DNA from: an uncultured Gammaproteobacteria bacterium
GTDB taxonomy: Bacteria > Patescibacteriota > Microgenomatia > UBA8517 > JACQJR01
Length of the DNA: 64,000 nucleotides
Direction of reading: 5' to 3'
Assembly: GCA_964442455.1 (NCBI GenBank)
Contig: CAYTZB010000005.1
Location: 5,152 to 69,151, forward strand
This document shows positions 8,798-18,341 of this stretch, in pieces. The translations under genes were made by a program, and so were the position numbers. Numbering within the stretch: the stretch's first letter is position 1; each line of letters starts with the position of its first letter. Below the pieces are notes generated by a model. The model was not told the origin of the DNA, did no database searches, and saw nothing but the letters and a program-made list of their open reading frames with translations.

Positions 8798-9687
8798 CGG
8801 GTTAAGCGGCGCAGGAGTTTATGAAATACAGTGGGTTTTCTCATACGTTTGGCTACTAACCAATGGTCCAGTTCTCCCTCTGCATCGGTAAGTGTATTAG
8901 TAACCTCCGAAGCATCAAGAGTGATAACCTTAAACTTTTCTGCTTCCCATACCTTCAAATACAGGATAAATTCGGAAAATGCCTGAAGGAGCGACAGCGC
9001 TAACCCATGAACACCATCCTTATATCCCTCTCCAGCTAAAAACCTACTCACAAACTCATTAGTTGGTTTCGTGAGTAAATCTCGCCAATTAAATTTGTAC
9101 CCATCTCTAATTTTTGTTTCTGCTTGAATTGAACTATAGCGGTTCATTCTTTCAAGATATTGAGAAATCGATTGGTAGTTATAGTGAACAATCGCAAATC
9201 TTTCCTGCGCCGGTAAATCCCATCCAACTCCATGGGTCTCGGGTACTGAATGGATAATCTCGCTCCATAAAACACTGCCCTTCTTAAAAAATCGAATCTG
9301 GTAATCTGGCCACCAGCGTGAGTGTCTCGTCCATTGTCCAAAAATAATATTTTTACGAGGAAGGCGATAAAAATCGGCATTGGGCTTTGTTGCTAATTTT
9401 TTTAATTGCTTTGCAAGACTGTCCGGAATCTCCTCATCAGCATCAAGAACTAAAATCCAAGGACCCAAAGCTTTATTAATCGCAAAGTTGCGGGCAGGCT
9501 CAACATAACCAGTTGGCTTGTGCGAATATACTTTTGCCCCCGCCTTTTTAGCTATTTCTTGAGTGGAATCCGAAGATTCCATATCCACCACCACAATCTC
9601 AGGAGCTAAATCTTTTACAGAGGCAAGAGCTCGAGGCAAATTCTTTTCCTCGTTCCAAGTATTTATGACAACCGAAATCTTCGCCAC
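8794..9687 (-). CDS. GT2-family glycosyltransferase
   Basis: 297 aa. 'ISVVINTWNEEKNLPRALASV...VVVDMESSDST...LDADEE' is the GT2 motif set. The last codons and stop lie inside the 33-bp repeat array. Confidence 0.75.
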   Translation of the reverse strand: MAKISVVINTWNEEKNLPRALASVKDLAPEIVVVDMESSDSTQEIAKKAGAKVYSHKPTGYVEPARNFAINKALGPWILVLDADEEIPDSLAKQLKKLATKPNADFYRLPRKNIIFGQWTRHSRWWPDYQIRFFKKGSVLWSEIIHSVPETHGVGWDLPAQERFAIVHYNYQSISQYLERMNRYSSIQAETKIRDGYKFNWRDLLTKPTNEFVSRFLAGEGYKDGVHGLALSLLQAFSEFILYLKVWEAEKFKVITLDASEVTNTLTDAEGELDHWLVAKRMRKPTVFHKLLRRLTR

Positions 9688-9706
9688 ACATAAATTGTAC
9701 CAGAAG

Positions 9707-11446
9707 CTAATCCACTTGGTAAATTACCACCTCTTCATTTTCAAAAATATTGGTTAAACCAAGCTGAGATTCCCCCAAACGGAATCGTTGGCCAAAAACC
9801 GGAGTTTGGGACAAAACCAGATAAAGATATCTAATTTTATTATCTTTTAAGAAATTTCTTACTTCGTTCTGATTAAGACTTTCAAGAGGAATTCTTGAAT
9901 CTTCACGTCTATGTCGCCACTCGTACCCTGTAATATCTAGATTTACCTCGTCTTCAAGAAAAACAGGTTTTTCAGAAAACGCAGAAACATATGCAGTTGA
10001 CTCATACAAATAGAGCGGGCGTGGTGGGTTATTAACTGCGGCTTCCGCTTTTAATCTATCAAACGGATAGGTAAGTACTACACCACGAGGTTGCCTCTCT
10101 AAAAATCTTAATGCCTCTAACTCCTCATGCGATATTTTTGCCGGCGGTCGTCCAGGTAAATAATGAAGTGTAAGCGTACTAATTGTGGTTGGGATAGTTA
10201 ACAAGATAAGACCTACTATTGCCAATTTACTTAATTTATTTTCTTCTACTAACTTACCTATAAAAAGTCCTGTATAAATTGCAAAAACAAAAAGAGAATA
10301 GTAAAAGAATTGAATTGTATTCCATGGAGTACCGGACTGTAATATCGCCATCGGCAAAACCGTTCCGAGAATCGCTATTGTCAAAAGGAAAACATCAACT
10401 TCTGAAAAATTTTTCCACAACCTTTGTTTAACAATACCCCATAAGCCGATCAAACGTGTTCCCATATTGCCAACAAAAAATATGACAAACGCTACGAGAT
10501 ACGCAGGAATAAGTTTTATCAATATGCCCCCTGTCTTGTAATTCATCATCGCCTCATAAAATCTCTGCCAGCCGAATCTATCTGATACTGCCATCATCGT
10601 CTCCAAGAACCAAAATGGTTGAAAAACAACTAATTGCCTTGCAGACTTGCCAGTTAGCCAGAGCAATGCAACTCCAAGTAAAAAAGACCCTAAAAGAACT
10701 ACCAAAAAATTACTTTTAAATGCGAATTTTCTAATATGGATTATTTCGAACAGTACCACCAACCCCAATCCTCCCATCACAAGTAGCCACGCATAAATTT
10801 TTATTTGCGCCAGCACGCTAAAAATTAAAATCGTAAATCCTAAATTCCTAAATCTATTTTGAAGACTCAGTAGAAGAATCATTCCTAGAAGAATTAAAAC
10901 AAGTGATGCAGCAAACGGTGGGTTAATGAGAGTTGATATTGCCTGTTGGGCCCAGAAAAGAGATTCCCCTCCAACCACGCCATCACGAAACAATGTAGCA
11001 ATCCACCCAAAATCCCCCGCAAAATAGACAAAAAAAGTAGCCCAGAGCGCCTGTGTTCTTGACTTTCTCCAGGCAAGCACAAACCAGTACGTCAAAACCC
11101 CAACCAAAACTGCAAGTAGTGGGGGGAGAATTTGAAAGTACAGTGTATGGGCTGGGATACTCGTAATCTTATGAATGATAGCCAAAGCGAGATCAAAACC
11201 AATATGATAATTTTTAATCTGCTCTCCTGAAAAAATAGGCATTTCAAGAGAACCACGAGATAAGTGATTAATTAATGCAATATGCCATACCCCGTCATGC
11301 CCATTCGGTCCCCAAAATCCCATACCAAATGGATATATAAGACCGCTTTTTACCATAGTAAGACTCCAGCTAAGGGCGCCTGTTAAAACCAATAAAATTA
11401 TTCCAATGTTTTTCTTCACTTTTTTTAAAACTCTATGAAGCTCCAC
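9707..11446 (-). CDS. Polytopic membrane protein, putative GT-C-type glycosyltransferase/polymerase
   Basis: 579 aa, at least 10 predicted TM segments. Sits between a GT2 and the Wzx flippase. Confidence 0.45.
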   Translation of the reverse strand: MELHRVLKKVKKNIGIILLVLTGALSWSLTMVKSGLIYPFGMGFWGPNGHDGVWHIALINHLSRGSLEMPIFSGEQIKNYHIGFDLALAIIHKITSIPAHTLYFQILPPLLAVLVGVLTYWFVLAWRKSRTQALWATFFVYFAGDFGWIATLFRDGVVGGESLFWAQQAISTLINPPFAASLVLILLGMILLLSLQNRFRNLGFTILIFSVLAQIKIYAWLLVMGGLGLVVLFEIIHIRKFAFKSNFLVVLLGSFLLGVALLWLTGKSARQLVVFQPFWFLETMMAVSDRFGWQRFYEAMMNYKTGGILIKLIPAYLVAFVIFFVGNMGTRLIGLWGIVKQRLWKNFSEVDVFLLTIAILGTVLPMAILQSGTPWNTIQFFYYSLFVFAIYTGLFIGKLVEENKLSKLAIVGLILLTIPTTISTLTLHYLPGRPPAKISHEELEALRFLERQPRGVVLTYPFDRLKAEAAVNNPPRPLYLYESTAYVSAFSEKPVFLEDEVNLDITGYEWRHRREDSRIPLESLNQNEVRNFLKDNKIRYLYLVLSQTPVFGQRFRLGESQLGLTNIFENEEVVIYQVD

Positions 11447-11566
11447 GGCTAAAGCCGTGGTATCTTCTAAGCTTCACAAGCAAGTATGCTTGTGAATTAT
11501 TCGCCCTTTCGGGCTCATGAGTCAATTCATCCATGGGTAAACCCTATGGTTTTCTTGACTTGCTTA
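11447..11566. terminator. Array of stem-loops (7-bp, 9-bp and 4-bp stems) between the flippase gene and the downstream membrane protein gene
   Basis: Stem-loops are CCACGGC-taaa-GCCGTGG, TTCACAAGC-aagtat-GCTTGTGAA and GCCC-tttc-GGGC. No U-tract follows. No tRNA T-loop motif is present. Confidence 0.3.
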
Positions 11567-13066
11567 TTAACTCTTTCTGAAGGTGGCATATACATTTTTT
11601 AAATCTCGCAAAACTTGCTCGCCGACAATAACATAAAGTAGTAGAAGATAAGAAGCTATTCCTGACAAAACTAGAATAATTATTCCGAATAAATTCAGTG
11701 GGGTAATATTACCAACCAGGAATACAAAAATACCCATTCCTAAACTTGCAAGAACGGGTTTGCCTACACTTTCCAGAAAATTAAATCTCACAAATCGTGT
11801 AGCCCACACTATTGCAAAAATAGAGCTTGTTCCAACAATTGCAAATCCCAAAGCAGCTCCGTTAATGTGGTAAAGAGCGGCCAGCGCTGGTACGAGGAGC
11901 CATGTAAGCGTAGTCCACATAATCATAAGTCTAAAGGTAATTGTAATTTTGCCAATTGCCGCTAATACATTTGTAAGAGGAGTTGTTACGGCTGCCCACG
12001 CACTATTTATAGTAATAAGACCAAGTGCGAGCAATGCCGGCTGCCACTTCTCATAGCGAGGAATTACCTCTGTTAGTGGCCCCGCAAGAAGTACTAACCC
12101 GATAAGTGAGGGGAATACGAGAGCGCTTACGAAAAAAATAGAACGCGAAACCGCATGGGACAACTCCTTTTTATCATCCTGAAGACGCGAAAATGCAGGG
12201 AAAGTGACTTTTATCACCTGGTCCATAAAAAAACGTAGCGGGGCCTGTGCCCACTTTTGCGCCCAGCCCAAAAGTCCGACTCCCGCCGGCCCAAGAATCC
12301 CACCCAAAACCATAGTCATACCATCATCTTTTGCAACGGCCAAAAACGTATTTGCTTGATAGGGTAGACCAAAGCGCAGTAGTCTCGCAAGGGATTCCTT
12401 TGCGAACGCGAAACCGGGCATCCAAGGCTGGAGCAAGTAAATTATAATAAGACCTGCAAAACCTCGCACGAGTACTGCAATAGTAAAGCTTGTTATTCCT
12501 GCTCCTTGCCACGCAAAAAAAACCGCAACTCCATAAAACAAAAATGTTTCAATTATTTGAGGAATTATTAATTTTTCAAACTTTAACTGTCGTTCAAGAA
12601 GGACAGAAGGGATAGTTTTAAGAGAAGACAAAACAAGCGTTGCCGCAAGCGCCCATAAAAGATAGACAGATTGCTGACTGAACCCATACAACTTTTGAAA
12701 AAGTGGTGTTGCGGCAACGATAATAATCACCAAAAGTACTGTCAAGCCCTGTTGAATAGTAAATGTGGTCCGCAATTCCTCCTCCTTTGCCGCCTCTTTC
12801 TTTTGAATAAGCGCAGCGGCCAAGCCAATATCAGAAAAATATGCAAAAAAATTAATAACCGCTGATACTAAAAAGAATACCCCGTATTGTGTTGGAGTAA
12901 GGAAAATTGTGAGAAGAAACGTGGCAACAAGCGCAACTGTTTGAAGAGCGGCCGTCCTACCAGTGAGTACCACGACTCCCCTCACCGCCCGCTTCTTTAC
13001 CGTCTCAAGAGAAATTTCCTCTGTTGGACTTAAATGCTCACCAGCTTCAATTCCTACCACACTCAA
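11567..13066 (-). CDS. wzx: Wzx-like MOP-superfamily oligosaccharide flippase
   Basis: 499 aa, about 12 TM. The N-terminus '...RGVVVLTGRTAALQTVALVATFLLTIFLTPTQYGVFFLVSAVINFF...AALIQK' is typical of polysaccharide biosynthesis/Wzx proteins. Confidence 0.7.
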   Translation of the reverse strand: MSVVGIEAGEHLSPTEEISLETVKKRAVRGVVVLTGRTAALQTVALVATFLLTIFLTPTQYGVFFLVSAVINFFAYFSDIGLAAALIQKKEAAKEEELRTTFTIQQGLTVLLVIIIVAATPLFQKLYGFSQQSVYLLWALAATLVLSSLKTIPSVLLERQLKFEKLIIPQIIETFLFYGVAVFFAWQGAGITSFTIAVLVRGFAGLIIIYLLQPWMPGFAFAKESLARLLRFGLPYQANTFLAVAKDDGMTMVLGGILGPAGVGLLGWAQKWAQAPLRFFMDQVIKVTFPAFSRLQDDKKELSHAVSRSIFFVSALVFPSLIGLVLLAGPLTEVIPRYEKWQPALLALGLITINSAWAAVTTPLTNVLAAIGKITITFRLMIMWTTLTWLLVPALAALYHINGAALGFAIVGTSSIFAIVWATRFVRFNFLESVGKPVLASLGMGIFVFLVGNITPLNLFGIIILVLSGIASYLLLLYVIVGEQVLRDLKNVYATFRKS

Positions 13067-13069
13067 ATT

Positions 13070-13200
13070 GTAGCATTATTTCGAGCGTCAGCGAAAAACA
13101 AGCTCTGCTTATTTCGAGCAAAGCGAGAAACAAGGTTCTGTGTAAAGCACAGGTTCTTATTTCGAGCTTACGAGAAACAAGGTTCTACGCGAAGCGTAGG
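13070..13200. repeat. Degenerate array of three copies of the same repeat family seen at 8699-8797 (TATTTCGAGC-N-GCGAAAAACAAGCTCTGCTTAT...)
   Basis: Copy 1 'tatttcgagcgtcagcgaaaaacaagctctgcttat' aligns to 'ttttgagccctgcgaaaaaacaagctccgcttat'. Copies 2-3 are more diverged and carry hairpins CTGTG-taaag-CACAG and CTACGC-gaa-GCGTAG. The array lies immediately 5' of the flippase ATG. Confidence 0.7.
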
Positions 13201-13203
13201 TTA

Positions 13204-14685
13204 TCATTGTAGTTTAGCAACCAACGAATAAACTTTATCTTGAGGAAAATCTTTCGGCACACCGCCAAGGTCTTCATAAAACACTCGCAGTGTTTTGTCT
13301 TTGTACAAAATCTGCAGCGCATCTTCACCATTTAACATAAAATGGGCTTGCTTTGAGCTACCTCCCCAATCACCTGAAATTTTTGGATAATTCGGATCAT
13401 TAGCGAAGTAGAGAGCAGCGCCCTTTGGAAGTTCGGGATACTTTACTCTTATATAATTTACTAATTTTTGTGCCGCTCGGCCACGGTTTGCAGCGGGATA
13501 TGTTTTATCAGCAAGTGCGATAGACGCTACAGAAAGCAGGAATAACGACAAAAGAAATGCACCAGCCAAAACATTAGTCATAGCCCCCCACCTTTGCCTT
13601 AACCAGCTATAAGCACTAAATACTACTAACCCCACCGCCCCCCAAAAAGCTGGAAGTGCCGGGGTTAAATAATATGTTTGCTTATGAAGTGGTAAAAGAA
13701 GAACAGGTGAAAGCGCAATAGGAAACCACAGAAGGAGAAACCAAAACCTCCTATCCCGCAATATTCCACTTCGGACGGCAAACACTGCGCCCATAATAAG
13801 AATAGTCACAGCCAGCCCAGAAAAAAAGAAAATTCCCGAAGCATAATCTCCCCAAAATTTCATAAGATTAGGATTAAGTTTGAACCCCGGTTCCACGAAA
13901 TCAATAAACATCTCAGGAATACCAAGGGCCCACGCAGAGTACCAAGACAGCGAGTTAAGAATTGCTTTGGGGGATAATGTCGGCTGATACTGCTGCTCGC
14001 CTGATGAAAAACCAATAAGAAAAAAGTCTAAAAATAAGAAAACAGACAAAACAACAAAAAACGGTATGGTAATCTTTACACCTTTAAGCGCTTTTTGAAC
14101 AAACAACAATCCCACCAAAAGTAATGGTGTTACAACTGCAAGCTCATGTGAACCAAGCGCTAAAATGAACGCAAAAAATGACAATAAATACCATTTCCCA
14201 CCTTGCTCGAGCCATTTCCAAAATGAAAACAATGTCAGAAGCACAAAACTTGTTGCTCCCAACGACTGCACTCCTCCAGCAAGATAGTACAAACTTCCCA
14301 CATTTGCAGCAGTTATTCCAAAGAAAAACGAGATGAAGAGTGCCAACTCCCTTTTTTGAAACAATTTCTGCATCAACAAGTACACAAGGCCTACATTTAA
14401 AAAATGGATGCCAATTGAAAGAATCCTAAACGGAAGATGGTTTAAACCAAATATAAAATAGAAAATATTAAATAATGCTTCTCTGGTGACTGGCCGATAA
14501 AACGCAATTCCCCTCTCGCTAAATGGGTGAAATCCGAATAGATTAAGAAAACCAGCAAGCGTCCCATCGGTTTGGCTTACTTTAAAATGGAAAAAGTCAT
14601 CATGAGAGAAATAAATAGAAGAGACAGAATGATAAAGTACAAAAATCGTTCCTAAAATGCTAAAGAAAATCCAATACAATCGCAC
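13204..14685 (-). CDS. Polytopic membrane protein, putative GT-C glycosyltransferase
   Basis: 493 aa. A first-loop acidic motif 'FSHDDFFHF' follows TM1. Highly hydrophobic. Located in the glycosylation operon. Confidence 0.5.
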   Translation of the reverse strand: MRLYWIFFSILGTIFVLYHSVSSIYFSHDDFFHFKVSQTDGTLAGFLNLFGFHPFSERGIAFYRPVTREALFNIFYFIFGLNHLPFRILSIGIHFLNVGLVYLLMQKLFQKRELALFISFFFGITAANVGSLYYLAGGVQSLGATSFVLLTLFSFWKWLEQGGKWYLLSFFAFILALGSHELAVVTPLLLVGLLFVQKALKGVKITIPFFVVLSVFLFLDFFLIGFSSGEQQYQPTLSPKAILNSLSWYSAWALGIPEMFIDFVEPGFKLNPNLMKFWGDYASGIFFFSGLAVTILIMGAVFAVRSGILRDRRFWFLLLWFPIALSPVLLLPLHKQTYYLTPALPAFWGAVGLVVFSAYSWLRQRWGAMTNVLAGAFLLSLFLLSVASIALADKTYPAANRGRAAQKLVNYIRVKYPELPKGAALYFANDPNYPKISGDWGGSSKQAHFMLNGEDALQILYKDKTLRVFYEDLGGVPKDFPQDKVYSLVAKLQ

Positions 14686-14688
14686 GGC

Positions 14689-16533
14689 CTACATTCTAGC
14701 ACGCGAAAGCCGTTTCCTCCACCATGGAAGAGTAATAAGTATTCCCCAAGAAACAAGAGAAATTAAATTTCCAGCAGTGCGGGGAAAAGTATTATAGAGT
14801 TTGGCGTAAATTTCGTGCTCGCCTTCTTTAACGGTTATGTGCATTCGGCCTAACTCGTCATCATCTCCGGTAATTTCTGTTTCTTCCCCATCAATAAAAA
14901 CTCGCCAATTTGGAAATTGAAAAATATTTATTCTTGCTTTAGCACTTTCGCTTTCAATGGCAATTTTAAATTTCGCCCAGTTTGTTCCTTCACTAGTATC
15001 TGAAATATCACCCTCACCGCTCGTTATTTCGGCCAATGTAGTTCTTGGTCCTTGAGGCGCAATTCTTGATGTTTTTGGGAGATAATCATAAATCCCAGCC
15101 GTTTGTTGAAGCTCCCACGCAGCATTTGCAAATTTCTCTTCATCAGTTAAAGGACCCATGCGATAAGGCTTGAAGTAGTCTTTGTTAAACAACATCACTG
15201 TAACCAAAAGTATGACAACTAAAACTAATGTCCACCTACGCTTTCCATTAAGAAGCGGAACGAGCGCACCTATAACAAATGAAAAAGAAAGGATTACAAT
15301 TGTTAAAAATCGCCAAGGAAACTGAACAATAGAAAGGAATGGTAAGGCAAGCCAAATGGGGGTTGAACGCACATGGGCCATAAAGGCGGTGGCGAAGCCG
15401 AAAGTTAGCATGTAGCTTATGGCCAGTAGCGAATTGGTAGAAATTTTTCCTTTTCTTGCTAATTTAACCAGTACTAACGAACCTATAACTAATGCCAAAA
15501 TCCAGTGTATATGCCCAATTTGGAATGACATTCCGTCATTCTCCCCCCATACCGATGGTCCATAACCCCAAAATCGAGAAAAAAACAATTGATTAATATC
15601 TGCAAAATGGGCAATGTATTCATAATATCCTTGTGTGAGTGTATCGACGTGTACCAATCTCTGCTCGAGTATCACCGGAATGCTAAAAAATGCTGCCAAC
15701 CCAAATGCCCAAATCCCTGAAATTAAAAGTTGGGGGATTCTACTCCACGCATACCCTCTATACAACCAAAGTAAACACCAAATAGCAAACACAGGCGTGA
15801 AGATAAGCACCATAACATTGTGCGACAATAAAAGCGCCGCCCAAGAGAGCGCTAAAATAACAATCCATCTTAAATTTAATAGTAAAAGCGACGGGTGACG
15901 CGAGCGGAGGGAGTCCCACCGAGCGCCCGCAACCCGCCCAGACTGCTCGACTGTTGGCGGGGAGGACGTCGGGTGGGACGAGCGAGCGGCAGGACCCGTC
16001 GCAATAACCTTTTCAGCAATCAACTTAAAACTTGCCCACAAAATTAGCGGAACCCAGGCCAGCGCCCACGCCTCATTCATTGCTCCCCGCACATACACGT
16101 CAACCGCGTGATATGGCGCCCACACATAAAATACACTCGATAGTACCCCGCCAAGCCTGCCCCAAAATTCGCGCGCTAAAATATACATCGTTACTGCGGA
16201 CAACACGAAACTCAAGAAAAAGGTGAGCTTCACCGTCGTAATAAAAGAAACGCCTGTGAGCCTTATCACCTGCCCTACCAAATAGGGAAGTGGCGGATAG
16301 TAGTTAAAGAGTGGAAACCCATACCCATAACCCATATCCGGTACCCAACGGCAGGGGATTTGTAAATCTCGGAAGCACTTCTCCATCTCAAGTTGGCGCA
16401 TCATCTGTAAGTCATCATGCATGTTGAAGTATCCTGATGTGAGTAACACGCGACCCGCAAGAAATCCTAAAAACACTACCAAGATAATGGGCCAAAAATT
16501 AGAGAGACTCGTAATCCTTCGCAAGAATTTCAT
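14689..16533 (-). CDS. GT-C-like membrane protein (PTPS-related/'HDD-loop' family). Paralog of 60082..61755. Carries an in-frame GC-rich insertion.
   Basis: 614 aa. 'YFNMHDDLQMMRQLEMEKCFRDLQIPCRWVPDMGYGYGFPLFNYYPPLPY' parallels 'FTAHDIWHQVARFYHY...FGYPLFFFSYPLPW' of 60082..61755. The insertion encodes TGPAARSSHPTSSPPTVEQSGRVAGARWDSLRSRHP. Confidence 0.55.
   Translation of the reverse strand: MKFLRRITSLSNFWPIILVVFLGFLAGRVLLTSGYFNMHDDLQMMRQLEMEKCFRDLQIPCRWVPDMGYGYGFPLFNYYPPLPYLVGQVIRLTGVSFITTVKLTFFLSFVLSAVTMYILAREFWGRLGGVLSSVFYVWAPYHAVDVYVRGAMNEAWALAWVPLILWASFKLIAEKVIATGPAARSSHPTSSPPTVEQSGRVAGARWDSLRSRHPSLLLLNLRWIVILALSWAALLLSHNVMVLIFTPVFAIWCLLWLYRGYAWSRIPQLLISGIWAFGLAAFFSIPVILEQRLVHVDTLTQGYYEYIAHFADINQLFFSRFWGYGPSVWGENDGMSFQIGHIHWILALVIGSLVLVKLARKGKISTNSLLAISYMLTFGFATAFMAHVRSTPIWLALPFLSIVQFPWRFLTIVILSFSFVIGALVPLLNGKRRWTLVLVVILLVTVMLFNKDYFKPYRMGPLTDEEKFANAAWELQQTAGIYDYLPKTSRIAPQGPRTTLAEITSGEGDISDTSEGTNWAKFKIAIESESAKARINIFQFPNWRVFIDGEETEITGDDDELGRMHITVKEGEHEIYAKLYNTFPRTAGNLISLVSWGILITLPWWRKRLSRARM
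15888..16002. repeat. GC-rich palindromic insertion element with 9-bp TIR GCGACGGGT...ACCCGTCGC. Same family as 7263-7433.
   Basis: Both elements share a left end '(C)GGGTGAC(R)CG' and a right end 'GCAGGACCCG(Y)CG'. The segment is GC-rich inside an AT-rich CDS and the reading frame is maintained. Confidence 0.5.
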
Positions 16534-18164
16534 GGTTGTTCTTCCTCCTCTGGGAGAATTAACGCGGATGGCGTAAACTCAAATAAATAGAGGTAATCTC
16601 TTTCTCCATACCAAATGTACTCATGGGTATCAGTTCTTGCTCTTTTGGCTTTTGGATAAGATGCTACAACTTTAAGCCCCAGCTTTTCTCCTACCTCAAT
16701 AGCTCTCTGGGCATCCCTCTCAAACCTCTTCAACATTCTAGAGCTATTGAAAACTAGGTACACAGTATCCCCCGCTCTTTTTGCATTTTTCAACGACTCT
16801 GGCATTTCTTTTATTATAATTCCCACACCAATAACCGTAACATTTGGAACATTCTCTAAGTATATTTGAAGACCGTCAGGAAGTGTACCAAAAAATCCTT
16901 CAGTTCCAACCACAATTCGCTCGTCAGGGCGAGACGCTTTTTTCTCTTTGATAAACTCTGCTACTTCCCTAATCCCCGTCCCTGCAGTCCACTCTTCTAA
17001 ATATCCCGACCGTTCGCTTTGGGGCAAGGGTGCAGCTTCAGGATTAGTTAAAAATAAATAATCCGCTCTCACAGCATTTGCTAAAAAGATAAGCAGTCCC
17101 GCTATAAAGATTTTTTGATATATCTTGTTTTTTGGCAAAACCGAAGCAGCCGCAAGAGTAACTAAAAATGGAATAGAAAAAAGGATATAGCGAGCGGTAA
17201 TAACTTTCGCGAATTCTGCTTGGGCAAGGAGCGGTAGGAATGCCCACGCGGCAAGAACGAGAGTATAACGTAGATAAATTTTGCTACCAATCACGACTCC
17301 CGCGATGACCAAAAATACCAAGACGCTCGGGCCTAATATAAACAACCACTCGCGAATTCTATCGATATAGAAAATAAACGGGTCTTTGGGATTCGTCCAC
17401 AGATGGCTCAAAGGAAACACATAATCCTTATTGCGTTCTCCAATCAAGCCAAAATTGGGGCCAAGACGAAGAATATTGTACATCGCATAGCCCACGGCAT
17501 AGGTAACCCCGAACAAGCCAACAAATTTGATAATATTCAAAAAGCTCACTTTTACACTATTGCCCGTTTTCTTAAGAAATGGTGCAAGAAGAGCGGTCAC
17601 CGGCAAAAGGAGTGAGAAAAATAATGCCGGGGATTTGGTCAAAAGCGCACCACCCAACCAGAACCCTGTCAAAATGGCAGTATCAAGCCGCAAGGCTCTC
17701 GCCGTCACAAAACCGAAAAGGAGCGTCCATACACCAAACATTGAAAGCATCGAGTCAACCAGCGCCATCCTGTCAAAAAACACAGCAAACGGTGAGGCAG
17801 TGTACAATAAGCCTGCAACAACTGCACCTCTTGTTGAGCGGAAAAGATACCACGCAAGAAGCACTACTCCTACAAGTGTTCCAAACCCGGTAACCACCGA
17901 AACCATTCTTCCTGCAACAAGCGGGTCCGAGAAAATCTTAAGAAAAGGAATAATTGACCACATAAAAAGAGGTTGTTTCCCGTCAGAGAGCGGAAGGAAA
18001 CGAAGTGTAGGCTCATGTTGCATCACCTGCGCCCACCGAATATAAATCGCCTCGTCAACAAAAACAGGAATTTTCGTCAGATTCGGGACTCTAAGGAGAA
18101 AATAAAGAACAATAATTGCCAAACCGGCGATTATTGTAAATTTGTATTTGGCAAATATCTTCAC
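16530..18164 (-). CDS. GT39/ArnT-like GT-C membrane glycosyltransferase
   Basis: 544 aa. 'IPVFVDEAIYIRWAQ' is the DE motif in the first periplasmic loop. Multi-TM N-terminal domain plus a soluble C-terminal domain. Confidence 0.7.
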   Translation of the reverse strand: MKIFAKYKFTIIAGLAIIVLYFLLRVPNLTKIPVFVDEAIYIRWAQVMQHEPTLRFLPLSDGKQPLFMWSIIPFLKIFSDPLVAGRMVSVVTGFGTLVGVVLLAWYLFRSTRGAVVAGLLYTASPFAVFFDRMALVDSMLSMFGVWTLLFGFVTARALRLDTAILTGFWLGGALLTKSPALFFSLLLPVTALLAPFLKKTGNSVKVSFLNIIKFVGLFGVTYAVGYAMYNILRLGPNFGLIGERNKDYVFPLSHLWTNPKDPFIFYIDRIREWLFILGPSVLVFLVIAGVVIGSKIYLRYTLVLAAWAFLPLLAQAEFAKVITARYILFSIPFLVTLAAASVLPKNKIYQKIFIAGLLIFLANAVRADYLFLTNPEAAPLPQSERSGYLEEWTAGTGIREVAEFIKEKKASRPDERIVVGTEGFFGTLPDGLQIYLENVPNVTVIGVGIIIKEMPESLKNAKRAGDTVYLVFNSSRMLKRFERDAQRAIEVGEKLGLKVVASYPKAKRARTDTHEYIWYGERDYLYLFEFTPSALILPEEEEQP

Positions 18165-18341
18165 TTCTCAATTATAACAATAAAATGTCTACAAACTGAG
18201 TGTCCATTTTTTATTGCTGTCGGAGCAATACACCCAATAATTAATAGACACGGTCAACCACTGTGCGGCGAGTTTAAGATAACATTCGAAAAATAGCTTC
18301 CCACCTTTAAGGTGTACGCAGAAACAAGAAATAAATTTTAC

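Noticed and set aside
8490-8891. ORF 8490..8891 (+) of 133 aa, containing a triple 'LSPAKKQAPLI' peptide repeat
   Set aside because: The peptide repeat is simply the translation of the 33-bp DNA tandem repeat. The ORF is antisense to two well-supported GT2 genes and has no RBS, so it is a spurious frame.
11447-11566. tRNA or other structured RNA gene in the hairpin cluster
   Set aside because: No acceptor-stem pairing between the ends and no GTTCRANYC T-loop. The stem-loops are independent rather than cloverleaf-arranged.
17527-18045. 172-aa ORF on + strand antisense to the GT39 gene
   Set aside because: It is entirely embedded in the well-supported ArnT-like gene 16530..18164, is Ser/Thr/Pro-rich low complexity, and has no start context.
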